In this document: positions 1-13,623 of the stretch, in pieces
How positions within the stretch are numbered: position 1 is the first letter of the stretch
How the letters are laid out: every line of letters begins with the position of its first letter
Assembly (NCBI GenBank): GCA_010015585.1
Contig: ML975153.1
Origin: Eremomyces bilateralis CBS 781.70
Lineage: Eukaryota
Direction: 5' to 3' (one strand)
Length of the DNA: 64,000 nt
The notes under the pieces: model-generated
The model's database searches: none
Told to the model about the DNA's origin: nothing
The model's input: only the letters and a program-made list of their open reading frames with translations
Position numbers and translations under genes: made by a program

Positions 1-216
1 GCCCACGTGGCTTGTTATCAAGTGGTTCGGCTTGATCCCGCGGCTTTCATTATCGACTGATGCTCACACGAACAACCAAGCGGCCACTGTCAAAGTAGGC
101 ATAACCTTGAACTGTGGACGTTCTAGGGCCATCGTGTAGTCCTTGTGTCGCCATTGGTGATGGCTCTTAGTGTCCGAGATGGTGCGTTTTATGATATTCG
201 AAATTACGAGAAGATG

Positions 217-2570
217 TTATACCACGCCACGGACTTGGTCTGCGTCATGTTAGTGGATAAATGTATATCAAGAAAAATCTTACCTCGCATTCCGCCTAGA
301 GCTTCAAACGCCGTCGCATAGTTTTCGAATATGGTAGAGATCGATATTAGTCCCATTCGCAGGCGCACAAGCAGGCTCTCAACGATAGGATTTGCTGTAC
401 CCTTCTCAGAATATGTCGACTGCATCCGATTATGCACCATAACCAATGTGTAAGTGCATTGCATGGCACAACAGGCTAACGACGGCATCAACCGAGGCGC
501 AGCCAACATGGATGTAGGAGCAAGGTAGCACGGTGGCGCGCACATCTGACCTAAGGGATTTGGAAAGGGGAGGTCATTGAAAGTCGCCGCGACATTGAAG
601 GCTGCCTTGAGACAGATTTTGGTAGATTGGTGCCGGCTAAATGGGAGAGAATCGACTGCGCTCGACACGGAACTCGTGAACAACTCAAGTGGTGAGTCGG
701 GGCTTTGAAACCCATTTGTCGTCAGCGAACGGGAACTAGTAGGCCAAGATGTTGAGTTGAGATCGCAATATTTTCCTGAAAAGACCGGACTGTCGAAAAA
801 GGCACAAAATCGGTGTATCTTGATCCTCGCACTGCTTTGGATCAGCATTAGGTTCTAGATGCCGGAACTGTCATACCTATTGAGCTTGATGCGAGCCATG
901 CATCTGAGAGCGCGGGACACCACTTCCTCTGTACTATCCAGTGGTGAAGTAGGCGAGCCTTGCAAGATCCACGTGTCTGCCACTGTAGCGAGAGACTCAA
1001 CGTAGTGCTCGAGCCCTTGCATACGCTCGCAAACGTGGGATATATCAGCATTTGCCTTTACCGTCTTTACAAGCTCAGTAGCAATTCGAGTGCAAGTTAG
1101 AAGAGTTTGCTGTGCTTGAATGAAAAGCTTGAATGCCTAGTAAAGAAGTTAGACTAGTTAGATAATTAACTCAAGGAAAACGTACCTCTGAATCGGTCTG
1201 TAAGCTAGGATATTTTGTGGTAAAGCTCGAGGCAAAGAGGTTATGTGTTGGCTCCTATATAATTCTCAGTAGGATAACTTGGATCTCCGGGGTCATGCTT
1301 ACCGAGTTACTCACGATAGTCGCTTGAGTAACGCAAATGTACTGCGACAATTAGGTTTGGTCTGGAACTGGGTATGGAACTTACAGTCATCCACCATACT
1401 CGACTTCTCACTTCTGAATACTCGTCTTGATCGGTGCAGTCATGGAGGGACAAAGCCACGGCTGATACAAAAGCCTGACCTGCCCTATTTTGCATCTTTT
1501 TGATGTTTCCCCGCTGAGCGTACTCATAAAAACTGAGAATGCATAGAGCAATGACGTCCTCCAGGTCTGGATGCACTCTTGGATGAAAGCGTTGCCGTGC
1601 GAGTTCGTCTCTAGGTTCAATCAGGGCATCTGATGGCGCGACTGATTCGGGAATTTCTCCTTCGTTCTCAATGCTTTCAATGGAGGATTGTGCAAGATAT
1701 TGGGAATATTTCCGCCTGAACTGGACAGATTCTTGTATCTGATAGTCAATGTCATTAGGACAAGGAATTAGAGCAAGGACTGCTGATATTGCGAGTGCAA
1801 TAGGGGTGGATGGTTCAAATTCCGGAATATCATCCTGGCGATGAGAAATTGCAAGATCAGAAGGGGTACCGATCGGTGGCGGAAGAATGGGGAAGAACGG
1901 GTGTATATAGACATAGTAAGCCTCAAGACTGCCATGGTCAATAGACAATAAATGACGAATTCGGTTACGACATGACCTACATAGCATTGTCACTTTGATA
2001 TGTCCTGACCATAGGCATTGGAGTTAAAGCTGTCCCCGGGATGCTAGACATGTTTGGCGCAAAGGCGCTCTCAAATATAAAGTCGCTATCCTGGAAGAAA
2101 TCTGGAAGCCGCTTTAAGCCAGCACCTGGCTCGATGAAGTTCTCAACAGGAAGTTCTATATTCAGGATTAACTGCGTGATACCTATCAAAACAGACTAAA
2201 CTCACGTCGCTGAGATGTATCTGACTCTTCTGACACCGATATCTCAGGGGGTGATAACTGGGCTTGCTCTAAACCATGACGGTTCTTTCGCACGCGAGCC
2301 CCACCCCTTCTGCTCGGTCGGTAGCTGCAATCGCGCTCTCTGATGTGACACTGCGATTGAGGTTAATGGATGCCACAGCCATAACCATCCGCTTACATAC
2401 GCTGCTACATGGACGTCCTCCATCGCAACGCGTTTTCAACGCTCTGCTAGAAAGTGGTCAACCGTAGTTCGCGATGAGTTACCGGCGAATAGAACAGACA
2501 CATACCAAGACAGGCAAGCAATCTTTACCGGCGGAGCCAAGCTCTTCCTCTCCGATCCATTTTCGCTCAT
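217..2570 (-). CDS. Zn(II)2Cys6 fungal transcription factor with fungal-specific TF middle domain (multi-exon)
   Basis: ATG at 2570; spliced N-terminus MSENGSERKSLAPPVKIACLSC/RALKTRCDGGRPCSS/CHIRERDCSYRPSRRGG has six Cys in binuclear-cluster spacing. Downstream exons match ORFs 1307-1993 (YYVYIHPFFPILP...RSRVWWMT) and 204-848. Last exon inferred as DQVRGVV*. Confidence 0.85.
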
Positions 2571-3199
2571 GGTAAGGGTGAGCTGGGCCGAGACCGAGAT
2601 ACAAAGAGCGTAGGGACTGCGTCAAGACGTCGAACCCGCTCTCTGGTTAGATATAAGGCTGATTGATTGAGGTAGGGTAGGTGTCCCGGGCCGCTTGAAA
2701 CGCCATAGAGGGTGAAGAAGTATGGGGTTAAGGTAATATAAAAGAACGCGATTCAGTTTGTGGTTAAGGTACCGTCTCTTCGCCCTTGCGATAAAGCTAA
2801 CTGTATCGGGCTACTGACTTGGCCAAACAACCCTGGCGGGATGGCATCATTCTATCAAAAACATAGCAATTTTTGGCTACCGGAACTCTCCAGCGTCGCC
2901 TTGTAATCTAGTTTTCCTTCAGTGTCAATCCATAATAAATATAGGTAAGCAAGAATATACCTGTCAATTTGGACGCTTTCTTGTAGGCTGTCTAATGCAT
3001 CAACCAATCATAGGTAATGGGATGAACATATTTGACGTTTCAATCATGCAAGATACTCAATGGCCGGACCCAAGGGATTTGGAATTGCCACTCCGCTGTT
3101 AATAGCATTCATCGTCATATGCGTACATATTCTGTGACCACATGCTCTCCACCACCCTACTCGAACTCAATACCGGCTTGTTCCCCTAACAAAACCACG

Positions 3200-5293
3200 T
3201 CAATTCTCTCCGACCGCCCCGTCAAAGTCTCTCAACACTGCAATCGTATCATCCATTCGGCCAAGCTGAACGTGGAGTTTCTCCTCAATCTCTTTCCACT
3301 TTGCCAACTGTTCCCGCTCCGCCCGAGTCAATTGTGCATCTTCCTTCCCTCGGATATCCAATCGATCCGCTTTGTCAACCACGAGGTTGAACTCGAGTCG
3401 TTGCTTCTTGGCCCGCTGCAGACACCGGGACATGCCCTTGAATGTTGCCTGGAGCATGTTTTGTCGGGTGCGAACTGGATCAAAATACCAAAACCAAAGG
3501 GATTTGGACGTTTGACGGGAAAGGTCTTTGGGAACCTCCTGAAGATCTATAAATCCGGTCTCTTGCATGGCCGAGAGAACCGGTCGGATATCCTTCGGGC
3601 GGAGCAAACCAAATGTGCTGATCTGCTTCTCGTCCAACTTCCCTTTGTCCTTTAGGATACGAAGGACTTTTGTGCCCATGTTGCCAAAGCTATGCGTAAC
3701 TGTCTCTTCAAGCTCGTGTTGGATGAGGACCTGGTTGAGTCGCGAGAGGTCAACTTCCCATTCTCTTGAAGGGCTGTTTGTCCAAGTGATGAACCCCCGC
3801 GGGTCGTCAGCCAGGGCCCATAAGTGTTCCCGGACATCGGACAATCGTTCTTTATTCTCACGCAACGCCTCGCGAGATCCCGCAGGGCGAACGGTATCTT
3901 CATCCGAATCGGACTCTTCATCAGAGTCTTGATGACCATCGGCTCCATCGGAGTGCCCGTTCAGCTGCCCATGTACCAAGCCGTCCTTCAAATTGACTTT
4001 CGGGTAGAGCTCCGCCAATAGGCTTGCGACGTTCGTCGTGCTTGTCGTAGGACGGATTTCATCCTCTTCGTCCGATTCATTGCCATTGTCCTTTAGGTCA
4101 TCGAAGCACCTCGGGATTTGATCTTCGATGCTTCGCAAAAGAACGCGATACACTTTGGACGGTATCTCGCCGAGGTACCTTCCAGCGAGATTGGTGAGGC
4201 GTTCAGTGCGTATCGCGACGGATATCCTCTCATGGTTGAGACGAACGACAAGTTCCTCCTGGTCCCTTTAGTATGGAGAATGCAGAGTTGATCATGAACT
4301 TACGTTGAGCTCCACATCTTCGTCACCGTTCACATGATTTCCGTTGACCCCATTCGTAAATGCACCATTAATTCTCGGGGTTTTGAACTTCCTTATGGCT
4401 TTTGCTGCACTCCCGTTACGACCGGTGCCATCGCCATCATCATCGTCATCTCTCCATTTCCGTTTCAACTCATTGACCTGCTGCAGCAATCGCGCCTTGT
4501 CCTTGGTCCCCTTCAAGCCTTTAGGAAACTCCTCTTTCTTTACGATTGCCTCCGCCTCCTCATGAACATCGTAAGAAGGTTTGAAGAAGTATTGTCTTTC
4601 AGGAAGGAGCATCTGTTCGTCGAGCAATTGCCGCACAATCGCACGAAGATGCTTTTGGGATTCGATAGCGCTAAATGTAGAGGAAGTGATTTCGGTATGA
4701 TCCGCAGTTGCACCAGCTCCATTCGTTGCGGGGGGGTTTGTTCGCAATCGCTTCTTGCCGCGTTTCGATTTCTGCGACATCTCCGCATTATACTTTTGGA
4801 TGATCTCCGCGATGGGTACATGGCCTAAGGAGAGCACATGCGCAATCACCTGCCCTGCCCCACGGCCGAAGCGTTCTTCACAGATCTTGACGGATTTGCC
4901 GAATCGAACAATATCGTAGGCGCCTTTCCGGTCCGCTTCATAGAAGGTAATGCCTTCATCTCGGCTGGTATTGAAAACGACGAGGTGGTTCTGTATGAGG
5001 ACGCAGAGAGTGGCTTTGAGTCTCCGAGTCTGCAAGCCGGTATATTGTGCTAGGACTGGGAGGGTGGTTCGATGGAGATGAATGAGGGCCTTGAAAACCG
5101 TCTGTGGGGTGTTAGAGGTCCTTTGAAAGGAGCGCCTTTGGAGGTGAGGATGCGGAAGGCACTTACCGAGCAAAGGTCTCCATAGAGGTCCTCCACGAGG
5201 AGAATGAGTAGTTCGCTCTCATACTGCGTGTCTATATTAGTCTCCAATGGGCGATATTGAACCGATCCGAAGCTTTCAACATACCTGCGACAT
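3200..5293 (-). CDS. RPC82: DNA-directed RNA polymerase III subunit C82/RPC3
   Basis: Spliced MSQ/YESELLILLVEDLYGDLCS/TVFKALIHLHRTTLPVL...LCVLIQNHLV; C-terminal LRILKDKGKLDEKQISTFGLL...LQEVPKDLSRQTSKSLWFW is typical of Rpc82. Confidence 0.9.
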
Positions 5294-5386
5294 GGTGGAA
5301 TGGTTGAAGAAATTGTGGGCAGAAGAGCGAAGTGCTACCTTTGAGGGAGACAGAAAAGAAAGTGCATGATTTGACTTCCCTCCTTC

Positions 5387-5414
5387 GAAGTTGAAGTTGA
5401 AGTTGAAGTTGAAG
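5387..5414. repeat. (GAAGTT)4 hexanucleotide microsatellite upstream of RPC82
   Basis: gaagttgaagttgaagttgaagttgaag read directly. Confidence 0.9.
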
Positions 5415-5813
5415 GGTCACACAAAAAGTTCAATTCGTAGCAAGCGGGGACAATAACGACAATAATATTAAGAACGATAAATGATATTCCGCGCTAATCA
5501 ATTGAATCGCAACTCCAGTCATTCCGAGACTCCAGTCCAGTTGAGCTTGACGTGAATCAGAAGTTGGAGCCTGAGACACCAAGGCAACTACACAGCCACC
5601 TAGTACTGCCAACCAATCAGCACGACGCTAAAGCATAAGCCATAAAACACTTGATGAACGCACAGACCAAGCCTCCTACAGAACCCGAAGTCACCTGTGT
5701 TCGTTGAAGATTGAAGCTCATCTCGAAGAAATACCTCGACTCTCTCTTTCCATCACCTTTCCATTCAATTTCGCCCATCAATTCCCCCCTTCTGCAATTG
5801 CATTCAGCCACAG

Positions 5814-7376
5814 ATGCTGTCCAGCTCGACCTTCGGCCGTCGAGCGGCCCTGCGCGCTGCCAATTGCCGTCAATGCCTTTCGCAGCCTGCAAACCGCCGA
5901 GGTTTGGCTGCTCCCGCTTCCGGCTCCTTTCAATATGAGTCGAGTGAAGCGGCCGGTGTCAAGATCGCCTCTAGGGACTTTGCCGGCCCTACTACCACCT
6001 TGGCCCTCGTTGCAAAAGCCGGAACAAGGTTCCAGACCTATCCTGGTGTGACGGAGGGTCTGGAGAAGTACGCTTTCCGGGTACGTATCATCCAATTCGG
6101 AATATCATGTATCGGTCAGTTTGAGTTTCTGACCGAAGAGTAGACCACCGAACGAAGATCTGCCCTTCGCATCGTTCGGGAAGCGGAGCTTCTTGGTGCC
6201 GAACTGTCTTCCTACCATACCCGAGAGAATCTGATACTGGGTGCCAAATTCCTTCGCCAGGACCTTCCCTATTTCCTCGAGCTCTTCGCTGAGATTGTTG
6301 GAAGTACCAAATACGAACGTATGTCACTTAGGTTACCGAAAAAACCGAGATTCAGCTGCTGATTAGTGTAGCCCACGTCTACGATGAGGAAATCAAGCCT
6401 TTGATACAAATGGCTCACAAGAGGCACATTGACAACACGACTGAGCTGGCAATCAATTCTGCCCACAGCCTAGCATTCCACCGTGGCCTTGGTGTTCCTC
6501 TAAGACCATCATCGGCAACACCGTACACGAAATACGTCGATGCTAACTCAATCGCCGAGTTTGCTTCCGCTGCATACTCGAAGTCCAACTTCGCCCTCGT
6601 TGCCAACGGGACGAACCACGGAAACATGGCCAAGTGGGCTGGTCAATTCTTCTCATCGGCCAAGAACTCATCGGCGAAGGCACTCGAAAGCCCACCATCG
6701 AAGTACCAGGGTGGTGAGGAACGTATTGCCCACAACTCCGGCAACACCATGGTCCTCGCATTCCCAGGGTCGAGCTCGTTCACCGGAGGGTCCTACAAGC
6801 CCGAAATCCAAGTCCTGGCTTCTCTTCTCGGCGGCCAGTCCAGCGTCAAGTGGTCATCCGGCTTCTCATTGCTGGCCAACGCCGCCGCGCCGTTCCCCAG
6901 CGTCAAGGTCGCAACCAAGAGCGCGATTTACTCCGATGCCGGCTTGCTTTATGTCACTCTGGAAGGTTCGGCCAAAGACGTTGCGGGCGCGGCGCAGGAG
7001 ACCGTCAAGACCATCAAGGCCATCGCTGGTGGTGACATCAAGAAAGATGACATCTCCAAGGCCATCGCACAAGCGAAATTCAAGGAATTGGAATACGGCC
7101 AGCAGCTTTGGGCGGGCCTTGAACTGACGGGTTCCGGACTTGTACAGAGCGGCAAGGTGTACCAAATCGATGAGACGGCCAAGAAGCTGGAAGCCGTCAC
7201 CGAAGAGCAAGTGAAGAAGGTAAGTTCCGTTCACATCTCCCCAATGTCCAAGAATGATGCTAATCGTGTCATGAACGTAGGCTGCAGCGACCCTCCTTGA
7301 ATCCAAGGCGACGGTATCAACGGTCGGTGATCTTTATGTCCTTCCATGGGCGGATGAGCTTGGTTTGAAGATTTGA
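5814..7376 (+). CDS. QCR2: Cytochrome b-c1 complex core subunit 2 (M16 family), mitochondrial
   Basis: Arg-rich presequence, then GVKIASRDFAGPTTTLALVAKAGTRFQ, RSALRIVREAELLG, YQGGEERIAH, YSDAGL; ends VGDLYVLPWADELGLKI*; 3 introns. Confidence 0.95.
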
Positions 7377-7394
7377 AGATTTGAAGATTTGAAA
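7364..7394. repeat. (TTTGAAGA)x~4 tandem repeat spanning the QCR2 stop codon
   Basis: tttgaagatttgaagatttgaagatttgaaa read directly. Confidence 0.85.
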
Positions 7395-7825
7395 ATGGGA
7401 CCACCCCCTTCATAGAGGACTTCTTGTGTCAAACTAGCTTCTGTATGAATATCTCCTGAATTGTATCTCAGCCTGGATTCCCAAGTTAGTAAACATATTC
7501 CAGATGGCGGGATCTTGGTCGGTTCGGCTAGTGGAACTAGGCCATTTAGATTTGTGAATAAATGAAGTAAACATACGTTTTGGCCATGTGACTGCTCTCA
7601 CTATTAAGATATTATTAAAAGGGTATTAACTCGATTCTCTGTGATGAAGCAACATGGATAGCGAATGTCGAATGTCGGGAGCCGAGTCATGTCGGTGAGC
7701 ACGTGACCTATGGAAACTCCCGGACCCTCAACTTTCGTCTGTTGAAGACTTGAAGCTTTCTGACGAACAGCATCTCGACACTCCACCCTTCACCGAACGA
7801 TCAATCCAATCCTCAATCTATCACC

Positions 7826-8171
7826 ATGGCATTCGCGTGGAAAGCCGCAGGGCTCACGTAGGTTCCCATTCTGTCCCCACGCGGATCGATGCGCCCAATT
7901 GACAACACCCGACAGCTACAACCGCTACTTGGCCGTCGCCGCCCGCGTCGTCCGTCGATCCTTGAAGGAAGAGAAACGTCTACAAGCCGAGCGGAGAGGG
8001 GATATGGATCTGCGATTCGCGAAGTGGGAGGTTCGTGGCATCGAGTCGTCCTGGAGCAGAGGGAGTGTGGCTAACGGCTGTGAACAGAACGGAAAGCAAG
8101 GCGACATGGCATCGCTCGCCAAGGCGAATGCATCGGCAATGGCAGAGCATGCCGCTTCAGGATCATCGTAA
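7826..8171 (+). CDS. ATP15: Mitochondrial F1-ATP synthase epsilon subunit
   Basis: MAFAWKAAGLT/YNRYLAVAARVVRRSLKEEKRLQAERRGDMDLRFAKWE/NGKQG; 2 introns. Confidence 0.95.
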
Positions 8172-8386
8172 ATGGTAGAGATGTTGGGAGAACGCCCTTC
8201 AAGTCCGATTGGAGGCGGAATGGTGGGGAGGAAATGAATCCATCTGTACAATAGAGCCGTATAAAAAGTGACCACCCAATTTCCGCTACCGGGTCCTGTA
8301 CTATTCTACCAGATATGCCGTTTCAACCTTAACATCATCTTTCAAGTGTGCAAAAGTGACCAAACATGATTTGCCCTTAGGCCAAA

Positions 8387-11300
8387 ATGGAACCCAGTGG
8401 TTATGCATCCCGAAATTCAAATGACTCTGATGATGTCGATGTTACTGATGGTAAATGCCCATTCTGTCCCTCCCTTGATGCTGACCGTTAACCATCGCCG
8501 ATGTTGACTCTTCGATCATACAGCTGTGAAGCAACTTTCCTTGCTGGACACGCCAGAAAGAAATCTATCCACTTCTGATGAACGAGGAATTCCCTGTAAG
8601 TCTAGTTTATGCTTCGCCCGAAGGAACCAGCTCTGACCTGCCTGTACCTCAGCCACCCAAGATGAAGTTACACCAAGCCGTTGGACCAATATAATGGCGC
8701 AGGATCGGAAAAGGGTGGTAGATGTTACCGATATCTTTCGCTCGGCATCTGCAGGTAAGATATTTTTTATTGAATGGTGCCGTTGAGTTTTGATTTCTCA
8801 TGAACTGTTCTTAATTCCAGTCCTTGTGCTGTTCAATCTCGCGCAAATTCCAGCTCTCGCTCTGCCTTCCAAATGTGTCCATCTCCATTCAGCTTCCACT
8901 CAATACCGATGTGTAATAATCCAGAGGATTTCTATTCAAGTCCTTAGAATACACCGCTGAGGCAAAATATGTCCAATGAACAGTCTGATCGTCGTTGCTT
9001 CATACATGTTCCTTATTGTCTCGACGTTTTTCTACTCAAGTGGCTAATAAGTGTCAGCCCTCCCTATTGGAGTTTTAGTCAAGGATGAATCTTTTCCTCT
9101 TCAAGAAACGGTGGGGGCACTGGAGGTTCGTCAAGTTGTGGAATGCCTATTTACTTCAGACTATTGACGACTTTGATCAAGATAATGGACACCAAGATGG
9201 ATAGTGGCGCCCTTGCTCCAGGAGAAGCTTTTGAGGACATATACAACGCTGCTGATGAATTAAGGCCGGAGGAGGTGCTGGGAGTAATGGATCAGCTTCT
9301 CCGTGTTGAGGTCTGTGAGTTGAATAGCCCTATGCAGTGTTTGAGTCTTACGCGAAGCAGATGGCATGGCATCAGGGATACCCGTTGTCACAAACGATCT
9401 TGACATCACATTACATTGATAAACTCCTTTCCAAGGAAACCCGGCAGCTTCATGAGGTCAGGTTTTCGGCGGCACATCCACTGGATCTCCCGATCCTCCT
9501 ACAAGCCCTGAGGGCATACTGCCTCGCTCTGATCAAATCCTGCGATTTGGTACTGAAGGCAATCAAACGGTCGCCGTATTACGAGGAAGAGGATTTTTCC
9601 ACCCAACTATACAATCGGGACCTGCTATCCCCAATCGATAGACATGATATCATAGAAGTCATGGATCGAGTGATACAGGACCTTGGAATTTTCGTCGCCC
9701 AGTGAGTTGAACTCGATTATCTCTGAGACCGACCCGGCCCAGGGCTAACAAAAGACAGTAGCTCAAAACAAGAAGTCGTGGAGGCAATACTCGTCCGCGT
9801 TGGATTCAGAAAGGATCTTCTCAGTGCAATGCCTCTCCACGAGGATATAGACACGTCCGAATCGACGTGGAAATGTGTTTGCGAAAGTACATATCGCCAT
9901 AGCTTGTTACATTCGACAAGCAAGCCTGTGCCAGCAGCTTTTAGTAAGAAGATACAACGGAAGCTGTACGGAACGGCACCACCGAGGCCGATTGTCGAAC
10001 TCGATTTCGAAACGGCCATGGATGTGCTCGTCAAGATCTGCAATGATTGCCAGGAATCCACAAGGATACAGACCTATAGCAACTCCAAGGTGGAAGGCCT
10101 GAAAGTAAGTTGAGCGGGTTGGGTCTTGTACCTGCTGAATCTAATCGGGAGACAGGCTTTCATGTGGTCTTTCAGTTCGCGCAACCCTCCGCCTCTCCCG
10201 TTCTCACGGGCTTGTCTCTCGTCCAGACTCTTTGAGAATGGAAATTTCGAAAGCATGCTCCGGCAAGACCTAACGAACTGGGTGTTCCCACTCGGCGACG
10301 CCCTAAATCCGGTCGATTCCAGTTCAAGCAGCCCGGCACGGTATGATGATGCTCCTTACCGGATCAAGGTCTCCCAGTGCATCAGTCAATTTACTCTAGC
10401 TGCAACGGCGGAGTCCATGGTGAGCAACAATGCTGCGCCCACCACGATTTTGCTAACACAGGGAGGGATACCTCGATATGTTCCGAGCACTATGTCAAAA
10501 TCGGTGCAGACTGCGGAGGCTGTTGCCCCACGTGCTGAGAGACCTAGATGCTCTGGAAGAACGGGTACGGTCTTTCGATGGTTTGGCGGATCACGCTAAC
10601 GTTCTCCCAGTCATTTTTCCTCGACAATGTATTGGCCGACCTCATTCCTACCACGCTTCGGAACCTGCTTTCTACGTGGACCCTCTGCCAAAGACTTCAA
10701 GTCGCCCAATGGGTGATTCAACTTGGCTTCGAGCAAGACGTTTACCTACAACATGAATTGGCGGGCATGTACTGGTAAGTATTCGGGCTCCTTACGTGAA
10801 AGGAAGTAACCTAACTCGCAACAGGTTCTTATCTCGTATATGCCGAAGCTACGTTGGATTCCTGACCGAAATCTCAAAGCACACTCTCAAGGTGCAGCAA
10901 AGTAGTGGTCTCCGGCCGGAGCAGCGAGAACAATGTTCGGTGTCGTCGAAATTCTTGGAGAGTCTGATCCTGAGAACGCGCGCGACAGCTTTCGTTGCCG
11001 AAGGTCTACACGCTGTAAGTAGCATTTCTATTTCATATGGTCGCCGGGGTATGATTGTGAATCGGACAATTCTCAACAAGCATAATAGCCTGTTCCCGTG
11101 GGGGGATTGGACGTCGTTTGCTCTGGCTAACTGGGTTCTAGGTCTATACACATCTGACATACCTTGGACTGATACACGCCATCGGACATCCGTATGGACA
11201 ACCGAACTTGCTTTTCGAGCTGCGCATGAGATCCATTCTGAAAGGGTCACTTCTGGCCCCTGATTTCGACACGTTCAACAAAGCCACCCATCCACTTGGC

Positions 11301-11627
11301 AGTTTCGAGAAACCAACACGTAACCCATGCGACGCGACAGCGCAGATTTGCCAGCATGTAACGCGCGTAATCATGAACGCGAAGAAAGACTTTCAGCAGA
11401 TGATAAGCGAGAAGCTTGGCGCGGAAGCAGCATTTGCAGATGAGGTCCAGGGGTGGTGGCAGGAAGATGTTGAGAAACAGATAGCGGCCTGCGATGATCT
11501 CCTGTTATCTATCAATGTCATGAGGGAGACCGTGGATGGAAAGAGTCCGGATGGTCTGAGCATCTCCATTCCAGACCCTGGAGCACGACGGCACGAGTGG
11601 TGGGTGGTCCCTAATCTTACTGCGTAG
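8387..11627 (+). CDS. MAK10: NatC N-acetyltransferase auxiliary subunit Mak10/Naa35 (multi-exon; start uncertain)
   Basis: VVDVTDIFRSAS/ALPIGVLVKDESFPLQETVGALE/IMDTKMDSG, MAWHQGYPLSQTILTSHY, YYEEEDF, LCQNRCRLRR, IQLGFEQDVYLQHELAGMYW, HEWWVVP. Confidence 0.9.
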
Positions 11628-11844
11628 CTTCGGTGGTACGGTCATGAGGTGGTGTGTATGCTGGAGAGAAAGTCGAAAACAGCTCGATTGTAGTGATCCT
11701 AGAAATACCGGACTTCCCAAGCAGGATGTTGTATACCCCATAGAGTCCCCATGCGCTAGTGATTCCAAGACGTTAAAGATGGGTATATCCGCCGTTGTAC
11801 ATAGTCATGACTTCGTTTCTTCGAGTGGAACTAAGGAGTAGGGT

Positions 11845-12244
11845 TCATCCTTTGAACTTTCGTAGGGTATTCTATCAAGGCTTAGCATCAGGGTTCATTC
11901 ATCCTCAGAAGAACTGTACGCACTTCCCTGACTTTCCGAATGGACCTTGAAGATATGCCCTTTTCACCGACTTGACGGGAACGAATCGCTGCTTCGCGCA
12001 TAAGACTGGAATTGATCAGCATCGTCACGCGGTCGGAGTCGAATCGCCATGCATACTCCTGGAGGAAAAGCGCATAATCGAGATATATCTGCGTGTTGAC
12101 AGGTTAGTGTTGGGGGTTGGAGCGGAGACACGATGGAGTCCAGCGTACCAAGACGTCGATATTTTTGCTTAGCGGACGGTTACTGTGCGCTTTGATGATG
12201 CGCTTGAGCGTCGCTCTTGGGTATAACGGTGTAGGACGTGCCAT
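11845..12244 (-). CDS. Small histone-fold kinetochore protein, CENP-W/Wip1-like (4 exons)
   Basis: Spliced MARPTPLYPRATLKRIIKAHSNRPLSKNIDVL/IYLDYALFLQE/LMREAAIRSRQVGEKGISSRSIRKVRE/NTLRKFKG*; PRATLKRIIK and the terminal LRKFKG resemble CENP-W. Confidence 0.8.
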
Positions 12245-12755
12245 GGTTGATGGTGTTTTGATGGTGTTGAAGTTGAAGGTTTGTTGACAATTTGCCAAAC
12301 ATGGAAATCAGCCAAATACATCGATGCTCGATGTTCGAGGGGGCGTCTTGGCATGGATTACCACTCCACTGCTATGCGACTACAAACACAATCTACTCGA
12401 TAGTCTACAAGAAACTTGGATAACAATTATCAGGTGTAAGAGGTCGTACTATTTTCGCTTCCATTAATGAGCAAGAACAGAAAAGGGTTGCCATGTTTCG
12501 ACTCTTTGGTGAGGGTGCAACCGCAAAGGTTCATGTTCATCTCGATGATCCGATCCCGTGCCGATGATCTTGGGTCAACGACATGCTCACCCAGGTGAGT
12601 CTGAAAATGGAACTGCACGGCTCGACCAGGGATATCGTGACCGGAAATCTACTGCAGAAGCTAAATCATTCCGGAGCAACCCCTCCTCGAAACTCCGGTA
12701 ATGCAATCTCGAAGTCGAGAGGTCCGGCCTTTTCGTATCAGGACCTCGCTCCCAC

Positions 12756-13623
12756 TCATGTATCAACCTCCATAGACTCTTCTCCTTCTCCTTCTCCGAA
12801 GGCGGATGCCAGCATAGGAGAAACTTCTTGACCTTCGTATAGCTTGAAGAGATCCCCACCACCCACCACCCCAACGCTTGTGTTATCCACCGTCAACTCC
12901 TTATCTTGACTTAGACTATCCTTGAGCGCCGACAGGGCATGCTTGATCAACTCCTCCTTCGTCGCATCGGCGAACTGGTCCAGGTTCTTCTCAAGATACG
13001 TCCTTGCCATCTGACTTCGCGCGCCGATCGAGGTCGCAAGCATCTCGTTGACCATGCCGCTCGGTTGGAATTCGAACAGGTGCGGGCCGTTCCGATCCAC
13101 GCCGGAGATGAGAAGTCCGACACCGTACGGTCGTCGGCCGTATTGCTGGGTGTTGATCTGCGCCCTCTCACCGATTCGATTCGCGATTTCGGACAGGTTC
13201 ATGGGGCGGCCATATGTTAAGCGCTCGCGAAGAGATTCTTGTCGCATGAAGTTGGAGAGGACACGGGCGTCAGAGGCAAGTCCTGCTAATGCCACGCCAT
13301 AGTGCGTGTCGATTGGGATAACCTTCTTCTGGTATGAGGACAGCTCTTCTGCGTTTCTCTAGTAGGATATATCAGCGACCATTCCAGAGCATCCGACTCG
13401 TTGGATAGGAGCTACCTTCAGGGCTGCCAGAACAGCGTGTGTTTTGCTCACGATACCGACCACAACCGAGCCTTGCTTAACAGCTTCTCCCGCATACTCG
13501 ACTTGAAATATACGCCCTTGTGGAGAGCTGGATGGCGGTCAGATGCAACCATTCAATCGGCGGCCGGCAAGGAAGGGGAACTTACAAGGTGACGGAATCG
13601 TTGTCGTAGTTGTTGCGGAACAT
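12756..13623 (-). CDS. PRE5: 20S proteasome subunit alpha 6 (alpha type-1)
   Basis: [33 protein letters not shown]...[14 protein letters not shown]...RRPYGVGLL...[14 protein letters not shown]. Confidence 0.97.
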
